DNA from: Candidatus Poribacteria bacterium
GTDB lineage: Bacteria; Poribacteria; WGA-4E; WGA-3G
NCBI GenBank assembly: GCA_965198235.1
Contig: OZ240248.1
Span: forward strand, 2,432,001 to 2,496,000
Direction of reading: 5' to 3'
Length of the DNA stretch: 64,000 nucleotides
Part shown: positions 52,467-62,107 of the stretch, piece by piece
How positions within the stretch are numbered: the stretch's first letter is position 1
Layout of the letters: each line of letters starts with the position of its first letter
Notes under the pieces: generated by a model
The model's input: the letters and a program-made list of their open reading frames with translations, nothing else
The model's database searches: none
Told to the model about the DNA's origin: nothing
Translations under genes and position numbers: made by a program

Positions 52467-52651
52467 TTTTATGTCTCCTATTAGAATTGTGATTTTGTGA
52501 ATGCCCAATTATTTTTTTTGTGAGGGGCATTTCCTTTTTGGTTTTGCTTCTTTAGTCAGATCCGTTCAGAAAAGGTTCGTTTTTTTAAATTTATGGTGAG
52601 TTTTAGGAGCGTGTAAAACATTCTAAGGGGAACCAGATCTACCTCTCCCCC

Positions 52652-52697
52652 GCTGGCGAGGTTTCCTTGGGGAAATCCGCTATCAAAACACCTCGCC
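52652..52697. repeat. GCTGGCGAGG REP-like palindrome with A/C-module loop
   Basis: gctggcgaggt-ttccttggggaaatccgctatcaaaac-acctcgcc. Confidence 0.75.
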
Positions 52698-53031
52698 CAT
52701 CCAAGAAGATTTTATTATAACCCAAGTTGCCACCTAATAGTTAAACACAGTTTTTTTATGGAAAAGCGTCTCTTCACACCCCGTATGAAGATTAAGAATT
52801 TAAACGGGTAATTCTGGGACGTGTGATAAATGGTTTTCGGATGAAAAGCAGATCTGTTCGTAGTAGTGCGATTCATCGCACGTCGCGTAGCCACAATTAC
52901 CCAATTTATTTGTTAAACTTCATTAGGGGTGTTATATCTATAGCAAATCGGACATTTAAGGCACTGCACTCCAGCGGAGTGCTATGTGAATGAAAAAGTG
53001 ACTTTATGAAGTTTCAATTGGGAAAGTTGGT

Positions 53032-54924
53032 TTACCACGGATGCTTATAGGATGGCGTGTTAACGAAACGGTGCATCCCCAATTCCAAGTCGATTTGTGT
53101 GTAGGGTGGCAGTTTGACGTGGAGGGACTTTTCGTTGACCGAGACGGTGTAGTTGGTCTGCCCGTCGTTGACGTTTACTGAGGTGAAATTGTGTTCACCC
53201 ATCGCGCCCGCTTGCACGATAACATCCCGTGGTGCTGTGGTGTTGAGGTTGACCAGTTGCAGTTCGACGGTGTCCACAGTCATCTTGGTAACCAACGCCC
53301 CGACATCGGCTGGCAATCCCGGTCGCTTCTGCTGCCCGTCGAAGTGCCGCACTCGCGTCACGAGTAAGCCTCCGTTGTAATGCGGCAGTGGACCCCCACA
53401 CGTGAGTTGAACAAGTCCTTCACAGGTGATTGGATTACGTCGCTGAAAGTAAGCGTCTCCGTATGACGCAGGGTCTTCGTCATCATCAGCCATGAAGGCG
53501 AGCCGTGCCTCGACTTGAGAGAGGTTGTGGTTGAGGATTGTTTCTGGGTATTCGGGATACTCACCTCGCATGTATGCAAGCCATGCGCCGTCGTGCCCGC
53601 CGCTGTCCTTAATATGATGCCACGCGTTGATGTCGAATTTCGAGCCCGTCCTTTTAGCGATTTTCTCTGCACGGTCCTGGTCCGTGGGTAACATTGACAT
53701 TGCCCATAAGTGCGCGATGTCTGACGGATGCATCGGCATGAACTCAAACCAACCCTCCACTTGCAAAGCGGTGCCGTCCTCGTTTGTAATCGGGTATTGT
53801 AACCAGGGACCCGGCACATAGTTCACCTTACCCGGATCCCCGTACTTCTGTGGAACGTAAAGCTGATCGTTCTTCTCAATCCCCCTTTCAATTAAAACAT
53901 CGATCTGTGAGCGCGGAAAGTCGAGATATGCAAGGTCTCTCCAAAGTAACGTGGCGTTCTGCGCGGCGATGCCTACCGCTTGTCCGACGCTGTGCCATCC
54001 GTGGGGCCAGCTCCAGCCGTAGTATGAGCCATACCATTTGCCGTCTATGTGTTCTCCGATTTTTCCTGACAGTCCGACGTTATCTGGGACAATACCGCCG
54101 TTTTCCTCTGTGCGCGCTATCCACGCATCCATGTATTCCCGGACCCATGTCCTGTATTTCTCTTCCCCGGTCAGCAGATATGCATTCGTGGCGAGAGTCG
54201 TGGCAGCGAGGTTGACGACCGCGTCCCCTACTCCCTGACGTTCACGGATGAGCTGCCCCATACGCGTCCGTAGTGCTTCATTTTCTCTGACGGCTTCATG
54301 ACTCGTGGCTCCGGGGATATCGTAAAACGGCATGTTGTAGCCGTCCCAAGGTGAGAACGGATGTCCAGCGAAAGCCCAGAATGCCGGTCCCTTGCTTCCG
54401 TTCATGGCGCATTTGATGATCTTGTGCTGCTTGTCGTAATTTGGGGCATCTGGATCTTCGTCCATGAAGAACCCCGCAAACCGTTTTGCGCGTTCAATGT
54501 TCTTCGGATTTGACGGGTCCGCCATACAGAGCATGTAAAAGAGGTAGTTCCCTTCGCCTTGGTGGAACCAGTCGTAACCCGGTTGGTATTCTTTGACCAC
54601 CATCGGGTAACCGTGACCTGTCCCATATCGCGCCATATCGTTTGTGATGACATCGAATTCCGTGTGTGCATCAGCCAAGAACCGCGCGTCCCCGCCGAGC
54701 ATGTAAAAGAGGGACCAGTTATGGAAACTCTCGTAGGCATCATCGAGTCCGTCAATGCTCTGGAAATCTGGATGCGTGGGCCAGAACAGAGTCCCATCTG
54801 GGCGCGTATATCTTTCCAGAATTTGCGGTCCTGCGGCATCCATTTTGTCGATGAGTTGGCGTTCCAGCACAGCCCACGTCGGCGGTGTGTTGATGGGTGT
54901 TCGCGCTTCAATCGTTGGAAACAC
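53032..54924 (-). CDS. Conserved hypothetical protein (possibly alpha/alpha-toroid, carbohydrate-active-like)
   Basis: Long ORF with GTG start after AAGGAG; DGLDDAYESFHNW, YDWFHQGEG, PDNVG, RPGLPADV. Confidence 0.75.
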   Translation of the reverse strand: MFPTIEARTPINTPPTWAVLERQLIDKMDAAGPQILERYTRPDGTLFWPTHPDFQSIDGLDDAYESFHNWSLFYMLGGDARFLADAHTEFDVITNDMARYGTGHGYPMVVKEYQPGYDWFHQGEGNYLFYMLCMADPSNPKNIERAKRFAGFFMDEDPDAPNYDKQHKIIKCAMNGSKGPAFWAFAGHPFSPWDGYNMPFYDIPGATSHEAVRENEALRTRMGQLIRERQGVGDAVVNLAATTLATNAYLLTGEEKYRTWVREYMDAWIARTEENGGIVPDNVGLSGKIGEHIDGKWYGSYYGWSWPHGWHSVGQAVGIAAQNATLLWRDLAYLDFPRSQIDVLIERGIEKNDQLYVPQKYGDPGKVNYVPGPWLQYPITNEDGTALQVEGWFEFMPMHPSDIAHLWAMSMLPTDQDRAEKIAKRTGSKFDINAWHHIKDSGGHDGAWLAYMRGEYPEYPETILNHNLSQVEARLAFMADDDEDPASYGDAYFQRRNPITCEGLVQLTCGGPLPHYNGGLLVTRVRHFDGQQKRPGLPADVGALVTKMTVDTVELQLVNLNTTAPRDVIVQAGAMGEHNFTSVNVNDGQTNYTVSVNEKSLHVKLPPYTQIDLELGMHRFVNTPSYKHPW

Positions 54925-55029
54925 GGTTTTTTACTCCTTGTATTTGGGTTGCAGTTGGTTGTAGTATATCATATCTTTGCGTGTTTGTGGAACATATGTT
55001 GTTGCATAATCGGAGTCATTCATTCTTCC

Positions 55030-55055
55030 GTAGGAGGGATCTCCGAATCCCGACT
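55030..55055. repeat. GTAG REP-like palindrome
   Basis: gtaggagggatctccgaatcccgact; same family as 26081-26106 and 37528-37552. Confidence 0.7.
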
Positions 55056-55225
55056 TCCTGCTTGAAGACAGCGGAAAACTGAAGGCTGAATGGCTCTAAT
55101 TATGATTAGGTTTTCCTTGACATCTGGTTCCGTATCGTGATATGCTAATTCAATAAAACATCCTATTTTGTATTATGTTAACTGACAACTGATAAAAAAT
55201 CACCGAACAAAGTCTGGATATATGT

Positions 55226-55517
55226 GTGCAGACCAATTTGCCATTCTGGAAAATTTATCTTGATACCTGTTGTTTGAATAGGCTTTTTGATCCACCAACG
55301 CAACGACGTGTTATTGAAGAAGCTGAATCTACTAATAAGATCCTTACATCTTGCCTGTGCTGAAAGTGGTGAGGTGGACATCTTCCTAACAACCGATGAT
55401 AGGCTCCTCACCAGAGCACAACGCTATCACGAACGACTTCACGTCCGCGTCGAAAACCCTGAAACATGGTTACGCGAGGTAACAGAAAATGGACATCTTA
55501 AAGATGACGGATCTTGA
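55226..55517 (+). pseudogene. PIN-domain (VapC-like) toxin with internal deletion and frameshift
   Basis: KIYLDTCCLNRLFD...EEAES N-terminus joined out of frame to LHLACAESGEVDIFLTTDDRLL. Confidence 0.75.
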
Positions 55518-55962
55518 AATTTATGAAATGGGTTTGGAAGAACTGGCGTCGCAACTCGGTCCTGCTGAGAAGATGCGGTTCCTTCAGCAATGTAAGCCGA
55601 GTGACTACGATTATACTGCCGAGCGACATAAATGCTTAGCAAATCAGCCTGGTATTGACGAGATTGTAGCGCGTATCCGGCGGAGAGAAGCAGAGCGAAA
55701 AGAGGAAGAACGTATCAAAGCTGAAAGAATCACCGCGTGGCGAAACGGTTTATTGGAACTCACTGATATTGAAATCTATGAACTCGGGCTTAAAGTCTTG
55801 GCAGATGGCCTGGGTGCTTACGGATTATTGCGGTTTATCACGCAGCATTTCAAACATCTCAACAGCGATCAACCTATTGACCAGCCGCAGCAGCCATTGC
55901 CAGACAACGATACCAGCGTAGTACCAAACCAACAAATACGAGAAACCGATCCGCAGGATTAA
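55489..55962 (+). CDS. Putative antitoxin with internal duplication
   Basis: TDLEIYEMGLEELASQLG / TDIEIYELGLKVLADGLG repeats; DYTAERH; overlaps PIN remnant. Confidence 0.65.
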   Translation: MDILKMTDLEIYEMGLEELASQLGPAEKMRFLQQCKPSDYDYTAERHKCLANQPGIDEIVARIRRREAERKEEERIKAERITAWRNGLLELTDIEIYELGLKVLADGLGAYGLLRFITQHFKHLNSDQPIDQPQQPLPDNDTSVVPNQQIRETDPQD

Positions 55963-56040
55963 TTGGATTTCTTAATTTCCGAGCCTCTGGAGGAAAAAAG
56001 GAAAGGAAACACTCAGAAGGTTTTGATAGGGAGACATACA

Positions 56041-56289
56041 ATAAAACAGAACGAATTTCCTCCAGGTTGGGATGAAGAGCGTGTGCAGAGTGTCATCTCA
56101 TACTACGGGCAGCAGACTGAGGATGAGGCTGTTGCTGAAGCTGAAGCTGGATTACAGGATGAATCTATAACACTGATGGAAGTTCCAACGGAATTAGTGC
56201 CTGTCATCCTTGAATTGATTTCTAAGCACTCGACGGATAATTTAACAACAGGTCAAAACAAAACGTCTAATGGATCTACAGATATTTAG
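56041..56289 (+). CDS. Small conserved hypothetical (TA-associated-like), start codon possibly mutated to ATA
   Basis: GGAG-7 nt-ATA AAA CAG; FPPGWDEERVQSVISYY...EDEAVAE. Confidence 0.5.
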   Translation: MKQNEFPPGWDEERVQSVISYYGQQTEDEAVAEAEAGLQDESITLMEVPTELVPVILELISKHSTDNLTTGQNKTSNGSTDI

Positions 56290-56376
56290 TGCTGACAGAA
56301 CACTTTGATGGACAGGCAACGATTTGCTCATTTATGGGATAGTTGCTAATACCAGACGAAATTTTAGAGAAAGTAG

Positions 56377-57906
56377 ATGAACACCCAGTCTAATTCCCAA
56401 AATGAACTCAGCAGGGTTTTGGAAAAAATTCAAGAAATAGTAGAAAAATCCGCTGATGGTGACTACATTTATCGAGGTGAACCGGAAGAGTATAAAGAAC
56501 ATCCCTACCATGGAAAAGTTTCTTCAAGTCTGTATCGCGCGTTATTAATTGATTCTGTAATGGAAGAGGGTATAGAAGAGTACCGTAAAGTTATTGAATC
56601 TAATATTACGGACATGGAAATAGGAATTTTGGAATCGGCAAAAGAGTATTTGTATGAAAATGTCAATGGGACAATCAGTGATTTTGAAATCTTGGCGGAG
56701 CTCCAGCACTATGGCTGTAAAACCAATCTTATAGATTTCACCACTGATTATCTAATTGCCCTCTTTTTTGCTTGTGATGGATCCTATCACAGAGATGGCA
56801 GGGTTATCTTACAAAAAAGAGAATCGGAAGATTACCAATCAGAAATACCTCCAGAAACAATTAAACGGGTGGAATCCCAGAAAAGTATACTGCTCCAGTC
56901 GCCAAAAGGTTTTATCAATCCAGACGTTGTGGTGATTATTCCAAAAGAACTCAAACTTTCTGTGCTAAACTATCTCGAAAAGCATCACGATATATCTACC
57001 AAAAAGATTTACAAAGATGTCCATGGATTTATTAAATGGCTCGGCAAGTACTTTGATCCTACTCTTGAGTTTGGTAAAGGGGTAAGTTGTCAAAACAGGG
57101 CAGGTTTAGAAAATAACATGCAGGAGAAGTTGAAATGGTATGAAAAAGCTTATGAGCATTTTACTGAAGCATTAAAGCTAAAATCTGATTTTACCGAAGC
57201 TTATATTACTCGCGGAGCTGTTTTTCGCGATGTTGGCGAGTTTGAGCTTGCTCTCAAAGACTTTAATGTTGCAATAGAGATAGATCCAGAGTTTGCCAAT
57301 GCGTATAATGAGCGTGGAGTATATTATGCTAAAATAGGTGATACTGAAAAAGCACTAAATGACTTCAACCTTGCTATAGATTTGGATTCAGAGGATGAAG
57401 ATTTCTATAATAGTCGAGGCATAACTTACAAAGATACGGGTGAGGTAGATTTGGCGATACAAGACTATAATAAGGCAATAGAATTGAATCCTGAGTTTCC
57501 TGAGGCTTATAATAATCTTGGTGTTGTTTATGATGAGAAAGGCGAACATGAAAAGGCTGTTGATTACTATAGTAAAGCAATAGAGTTAAGATCCTATTAT
57601 GCCAATGCCTATAATAATCGGGGAATGGCTTACCGTGATAAGGGTGATGTTGTTCATGCTATTTTTGACTTTAGCTTTGCCATACTATTAAAATCTGATG
57701 ATGCTAGTACTTATTATTATCGCGGCGAGGCTTTGTTGCGCATAGAACGATGGAAAGAAGCCAGAGCGGATCTAAAGGAATCCAACAATAGAGGCGTGGA
57801 TATCATCGCTTTGTTTCATAATGATTACAAAAGCGTTGAGGACTTTGAACGGAAAAATAAGGTTCAGTTACCGGAGGACATTGCGGCAATGTTACGGCTA
57901 CAGTAA
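56377..57906 (+). CDS. FRG-domain + TPR-repeat protein
   Basis: YIYRGE, LQHYGCKTNLIDFT..IALFFAC, RVESQKS; about 7 TPRs (AYNNLGV, AYNNRG). Confidence 0.88.
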   Translation: MNTQSNSQNELSRVLEKIQEIVEKSADGDYIYRGEPEEYKEHPYHGKVSSSLYRALLIDSVMEEGIEEYRKVIESNITDMEIGILESAKEYLYENVNGTISDFEILAELQHYGCKTNLIDFTTDYLIALFFACDGSYHRDGRVILQKRESEDYQSEIPPETIKRVESQKSILLQSPKGFINPDVVVIIPKELKLSVLNYLEKHHDISTKKIYKDVHGFIKWLGKYFDPTLEFGKGVSCQNRAGLENNMQEKLKWYEKAYEHFTEALKLKSDFTEAYITRGAVFRDVGEFELALKDFNVAIEIDPEFANAYNERGVYYAKIGDTEKALNDFNLAIDLDSEDEDFYNSRGITYKDTGEVDLAIQDYNKAIELNPEFPEAYNNLGVVYDEKGEHEKAVDYYSKAIELRSYYANAYNNRGMAYRDKGDVVHAIFDFSFAILLKSDDASTYYYRGEALLRIERWKEARADLKESNNRGVDIIALFHNDYKSVEDFERKNKVQLPEDIAAMLRLQ

Positions 57907-58053
57907 ACCGCAATCTTGATACACTGATCCCGGATTCTCCATTTTTCTTTATATACTTCACATTGTTGTGGTATGTTAATTCGGTAGAATACATTAACAT
58001 GGTCTTACCTATAGAAACCTCTCAACACCTACTTTAGTACATAGGAGACAAAT

Positions 58054-58857
58054 GTGTATTTTGGCAACGATCAGTTCAGAATAATCAACGGAAATGTACT
58101 GACTACACGCGCTATAAAAAAAGACAGCATTGACCTCATCGTTACATCACCACCTTACAACGTTGATATAGAATATAACTCAAATGACGATGCCCTTTCT
58201 TATGCCGACTATCTTGCCTTTTCCAAAAAATGGTTCAAGCGTTGTTTTCAATGGCTTAAGTCTGATGGACGTTTCTGCCTTAATATCCCATTAGACAAAA
58301 ATAAAGGTGGACAGCAGCACGTCGGCGCGGATTTAACCAAACTGGCAACGGCTATCGGATTTCAGTACCACTCTACTATTGTATGGAACGAAGGCAACAT
58401 CTCCAGACGAACTGCTTGGGGGTCATGGATGAGGGCATCCGCCCCTTATGTCATTGCCCCTGTTGAACTGATTGTTGTTCTCTACAAAGATCAGTGGAAG
58501 AAAACAAGCGGAAGCGGTGAATCGGATATGAACCGGGAAGAATTCATGGAATGGACAAACGGTCTCTGGACTTTTCCCGGTGAGAGTAAGAAACGCATTG
58601 GACACCCCGCTCCCTTTCCTTTGGAACTTCCACGTCGCTGCATCAAACTCTTTAGTTACGTAGGTGACACTGTCCTTGATCCGTTTATGGGAAGTGGGAC
58701 TACCTTGGTTGCCGCCCACTTAAACAAACGACATGGCATCGGAATTGATGTTGATGAAGGGTACTGCAAACTCGCGAAAGAGCGAGTGAGTCAGGCTGCG
58801 AATCAATTATATCTATTTGAAGGAGAGAAAAAATCACATGGCGAGGACAATTCGTGA
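58054..58857 (+). CDS. Site-specific DNA methyltransferase, beta class (N4-C/N6-A)
   Basis: TSPPY before HPAPFP and LDPFMGSGTT. Confidence 0.93.
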   Translation: MYFGNDQFRIINGNVLTTRAIKKDSIDLIVTSPPYNVDIEYNSNDDALSYADYLAFSKKWFKRCFQWLKSDGRFCLNIPLDKNKGGQQHVGADLTKLATAIGFQYHSTIVWNEGNISRRTAWGSWMRASAPYVIAPVELIVVLYKDQWKKTSGSGESDMNREEFMEWTNGLWTFPGESKKRIGHPAPFPLELPRRCIKLFSYVGDTVLDPFMGSGTTLVAAHLNKRHGIGIDVDEGYCKLAKERVSQAANQLYLFEGEKKSHGEDNS

Positions 58858-59425
58858 ACTTGTGTTAGAGTATTTCGTGAATCATCCTAACGAAGAACTT
58901 CAGCATGGCCCCGTAGTTGACTGGGTGTCGGAACAGTACTTTCAAGAACAGGGTAAAACTCCGAGGGACCCATGGCGAACCGTCAGGCAACTCCATCAAG
59001 AGGGAAAATTAATCAAAGTCCGGAAGGGCATTTACAAGTACGACCCGAGTTACGTACACGAGGTTGTGCTCTTTGAGTTTTCTCCGCGGGACAGAGAAGT
59101 TATTTTTGAACGTGATGGCCGTCGTTGTGTCGTTTGTGGACGTGGGGAGGCAGATGGCGTTACGCTTGCTGCTGACCATATCAAACCGAAAGATAGGGGC
59201 GGCACGAATACTATTGGAAACGGACAAACCCTCTGTTATGAACATAATTTGCGCAAGAGTAACTATTCGCAGACCGAAGCAGGTAAAAGGTATTTTATCA
59301 GGATGTACGAGACGGCGTTGAAAAATCAGGACGAAAGAATGATAGCGTTCTGTCAAGCCGTTTTTGATGTGTACGATGCACATGGTGTTAACGGGCATAT
59401 TGACCGCCCTGACACGGAAAATTGA
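58838..59425 (+). CDS. HNH endonuclease (probable cognate restriction enzyme)
   Basis: RDGRRCVVCG, ADHIKP..RGG..TIGNGQTLC..HN..K; overlaps MTase end. Confidence 0.88.
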   Translation: MARTIRELVLEYFVNHPNEELQHGPVVDWVSEQYFQEQGKTPRDPWRTVRQLHQEGKLIKVRKGIYKYDPSYVHEVVLFEFSPRDREVIFERDGRRCVVCGRGEADGVTLAADHIKPKDRGGTNTIGNGQTLCYEHNLRKSNYSQTEAGKRYFIRMYETALKNQDERMIAFCQAVFDVYDAHGVNGHIDRPDTEN

Positions 59426-59499
59426 CTTATTTGGTTTTGACAATTGACTCCAATTTGCGTATAAAACAGATAAATTTAATCATTCATAGTGAGTGATCA

Positions 59500-60348
59500 A
59501 TGCTAACACAAACCATCTCTGATATTGCAAAGTGTAGGGAAACGATTGAAGAGCACAAGTTTGATGAGACTGCGACTAAACAGTACATCGTTATCCCTAT
59601 CCTAAGATCTCTGGGTTGGCACGACAGCAATTTGTATACTTTAGAGGTTTATCCAGAAAAGAAAGTCGGCAGTGGAAAAGTTGACTATGCCTTGCGACAC
59701 GGTGAGACTTCTTTAGTATTCATTGAGTGCAAACGTTGGGGGGCAAGGATTGAAAAATTTCAGGAGCAAATTTGCCAGTACGCCTTTCAAGCGGGGATAG
59801 AAATAGCCGTTATCACTAATGGGAAAATATGGGACTTCTACCTTCCTCATCTAACAAGTACACCTGAAAGAAGGATCATTCCGTGGGAGGATAGAATTTT
59901 CTGTTCCATCGATCTTGAGATACAGCAAGAGGCAATATCTGACTTCCAAAGATATCTTTCTAAATCTAATGTTGAGCAAGGCAAAGCAAAGACGGAAGCC
60001 CAAGAAGCGTTTCAACCCCAATTGTCCGATACTCCTTCACCACGGCGAAATTATGGGCTACCGATTCTGAGAGCCTTGGAAAGTCTTGGAGGTTCCGGTG
60101 CAACTCACCAAGTCTTGGATTTGGTTTATCAATTCATGGAAGAGGCTAACGAACTACGGGAAATAGATAAGTCACGCCGGTCAGACGGTCAGTTTTATTG
60201 GGATAATCGGACCCAAGACATGCGACGAGAATTAATCAGTAAAGGTCTAATGAAGGATGATTCTCCGCGCGGTGTTTGGGAAATTTCTGATATGGGGCGT
60301 GAGTATCTTCTTAATAATGGAGAAAATTTAAATGGTGAAGAACACTGA
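59500..60348 (+). CDS. HsdR N-terminal-like PD-(D/E)XK nuclease domain + Mrr N-terminal-like winged helix
   Basis: VDYAL...FIECK...Q...Y, ITNGKIWDFY; C-terminus PILRALESLGGSG...PRGVWEISDMG. Confidence 0.8.
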   Translation: MLTQTISDIAKCRETIEEHKFDETATKQYIVIPILRSLGWHDSNLYTLEVYPEKKVGSGKVDYALRHGETSLVFIECKRWGARIEKFQEQICQYAFQAGIEIAVITNGKIWDFYLPHLTSTPERRIIPWEDRIFCSIDLEIQQEAISDFQRYLSKSNVEQGKAKTEAQEAFQPQLSDTPSPRRNYGLPILRALESLGGSGATHQVLDLVYQFMEEANELREIDKSRRSDGQFYWDNRTQDMRRELISKGLMKDDSPRGVWEISDMGREYLLNNGENLNGEEH

Positions 60349-61162
60349 TGAACCTATCAAAGCAGCACCAACCGCGAGATCTGATGGCGAACTTAGCGGT
60401 ATGAGAAACATTCTTGAGGATGCTCTTTACGAGATGGGTTATGATGGTACATTGGTAGACATACTGATAGAAAGAAATGTCATTGATTTCAGCGTTGTTG
60501 ACTACACAAGTGATATTAAATACCAACTCGAAGAGCATTATGGAGAATCTATTTTATGGGATAATAGTCTTGAAGAACTTGTTGTCTCTGAGGGGTTGGA
60601 ACTTTCTCTAACAGGGGAATTGGGTAGAAGTTGGCGTGCTTCTGAGGGGGACACTTTTCAAGATCGGATCCGGCATGTTATCACCGATCCAATTGAAAAG
60701 TTAGGGATGAAAATGATTACCCGCTATGAGTTAGTGAAGGATAGTGTTCTCCCCGAAGAACTGGAACGTGTTAAACGGCATTTGGCGATTGATTACGGGG
60801 AATTCAACGCGTATCTCCCGCATGTTAATCTTGTTATTTACACTTCCGAAAATTCCCACATTATCGCTGTAATCGTCTGCGAAGTTAATTTGAAACAACA
60901 AATCTTTGATATGGCTTATTGGAAACTCAAACTTCAGGCAGACGAGGATAGTGCTTCCATCAAATACTATCTTGTCACGGCTGACATAGACGAGACCCTA
61001 AAAGCTTCAGATTTACCACAACAGATTGGTCGAGCCATTATAGAGACGGATCTTGATGGCACTTATGTGCTAACAAAGGAAAATCTTGAGGAAAGCGATA
61101 AGGTCAAACTGTTTGAACATTTCATCGAAGATTTTAAAAAAGTCATAGGAGAGAACCAATAG
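60332..61162 (+). CDS. BsaWI-family type II restriction enzyme-like protein, degenerate
   Basis: SWRASEG, LAIDYGEF..LP, YWKLKL, YYLVTADIDE, DLDGTYVLT...EESDKVKLFEHFIED. Confidence 0.65.
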   Translation: MVKNTDEPIKAAPTARSDGELSGMRNILEDALYEMGYDGTLVDILIERNVIDFSVVDYTSDIKYQLEEHYGESILWDNSLEELVVSEGLELSLTGELGRSWRASEGDTFQDRIRHVITDPIEKLGMKMITRYELVKDSVLPEELERVKRHLAIDYGEFNAYLPHVNLVIYTSENSHIIAVIVCEVNLKQQIFDMAYWKLKLQADEDSASIKYYLVTADIDETLKASDLPQQIGRAIIETDLDGTYVLTKENLEESDKVKLFEHFIEDFKKVIGENQ

Positions 61163-61166
61163 CATA

Positions 61167-62060
61167 ATGAAAATTGCAAATGCCCCGTGTTCGTGGGGCG
61201 TGCTTGAGTTTGAATTGGATGGTGAATCCCCCGGTTACGCACAAGTGTTAAACGAGATGCACGAAATCGGTTATATCGGCACCGAATTAGGCGATTGGGG
61301 GTTTATGCCGACGGACGCAAAATACCTCCGTACCGAACTTGCGTCACGTAAGTTGAAAATGTTAGGGGCGTTCGTCGGGGTCGCACTCGCCGATCCAGAG
61401 ACGCATGCTGCAGGTGAAGCATCGGCACTGCGTCACGCCCGTTTGTTAGCGGATACTGCTGGTGAAACACCCTTCATCGTGCTATCGGATGACAACGCCA
61501 CCACGGAACTGCGTACACACTATGCTGGTCGTATCCGTCCTGAACACGGATTGACACCAGCACAGTGGGATACTTTCCTACAAGGCGCGCACCGTATCGC
61601 CCGATCTGTCCGAGACGAGACAGGACTTCGCACGGTTTTTCATCCACATTGTGCGGGATATGTAGAAACAGCAGCAGAAATTGACACGTTAATGGAACGC
61701 ACCGATCCGAACCTCATCGGATTGTGTTTCGATACGGGACATTACCGATTCGGTGGCGGTGATCCGATTGAAGCGTTTGCTCGCCACACTGACCGAGTCT
61801 GGCACGTCCATTTCAAGGATTGTCATCCCGATGTCGCTGCCCGTTCTCGTAGAGACGGGTGGGATTATTTCGAGTCTGTTGGCAACGGCGTTTTCTGCGA
61901 GTTAGGTAATGGGGACGTTGATTTCCCAGCGTTCCTTGAAGAATTGCGAAAGCGGAACTACGATGGTTGGATCGTTGTGGAGCAGGATGTCTTGCCGGGG
62001 ATGGGTAGTCCTTACGAGAGCGCGGAGCGGAATTTGCGGTATCTGAATTCAATCTTGTAG
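61167..62060 (+). CDS. IolE-like TIM-barrel (myo-inosose-2 dehydratase / sugar phosphate isomerase family)
   Basis: NAPCSWG, GTELG, FHPHC, CFDTGH, HVHFKD, WIVVEQD. Confidence 0.85.
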   Translation: MKIANAPCSWGVLEFELDGESPGYAQVLNEMHEIGYIGTELGDWGFMPTDAKYLRTELASRKLKMLGAFVGVALADPETHAAGEASALRHARLLADTAGETPFIVLSDDNATTELRTHYAGRIRPEHGLTPAQWDTFLQGAHRIARSVRDETGLRTVFHPHCAGYVETAAEIDTLMERTDPNLIGLCFDTGHYRFGGGDPIEAFARHTDRVWHVHFKDCHPDVAARSRRDGWDYFESVGNGVFCELGNGDVDFPAFLEELRKRNYDGWIVVEQDVLPGMGSPYESAERNLRYLNSIL

Positions 62061-62107
62061 CAGTAAGATAGAAATTGACGTACCGCGTGGGAGTTAGGAG
62101 ACCTTTG

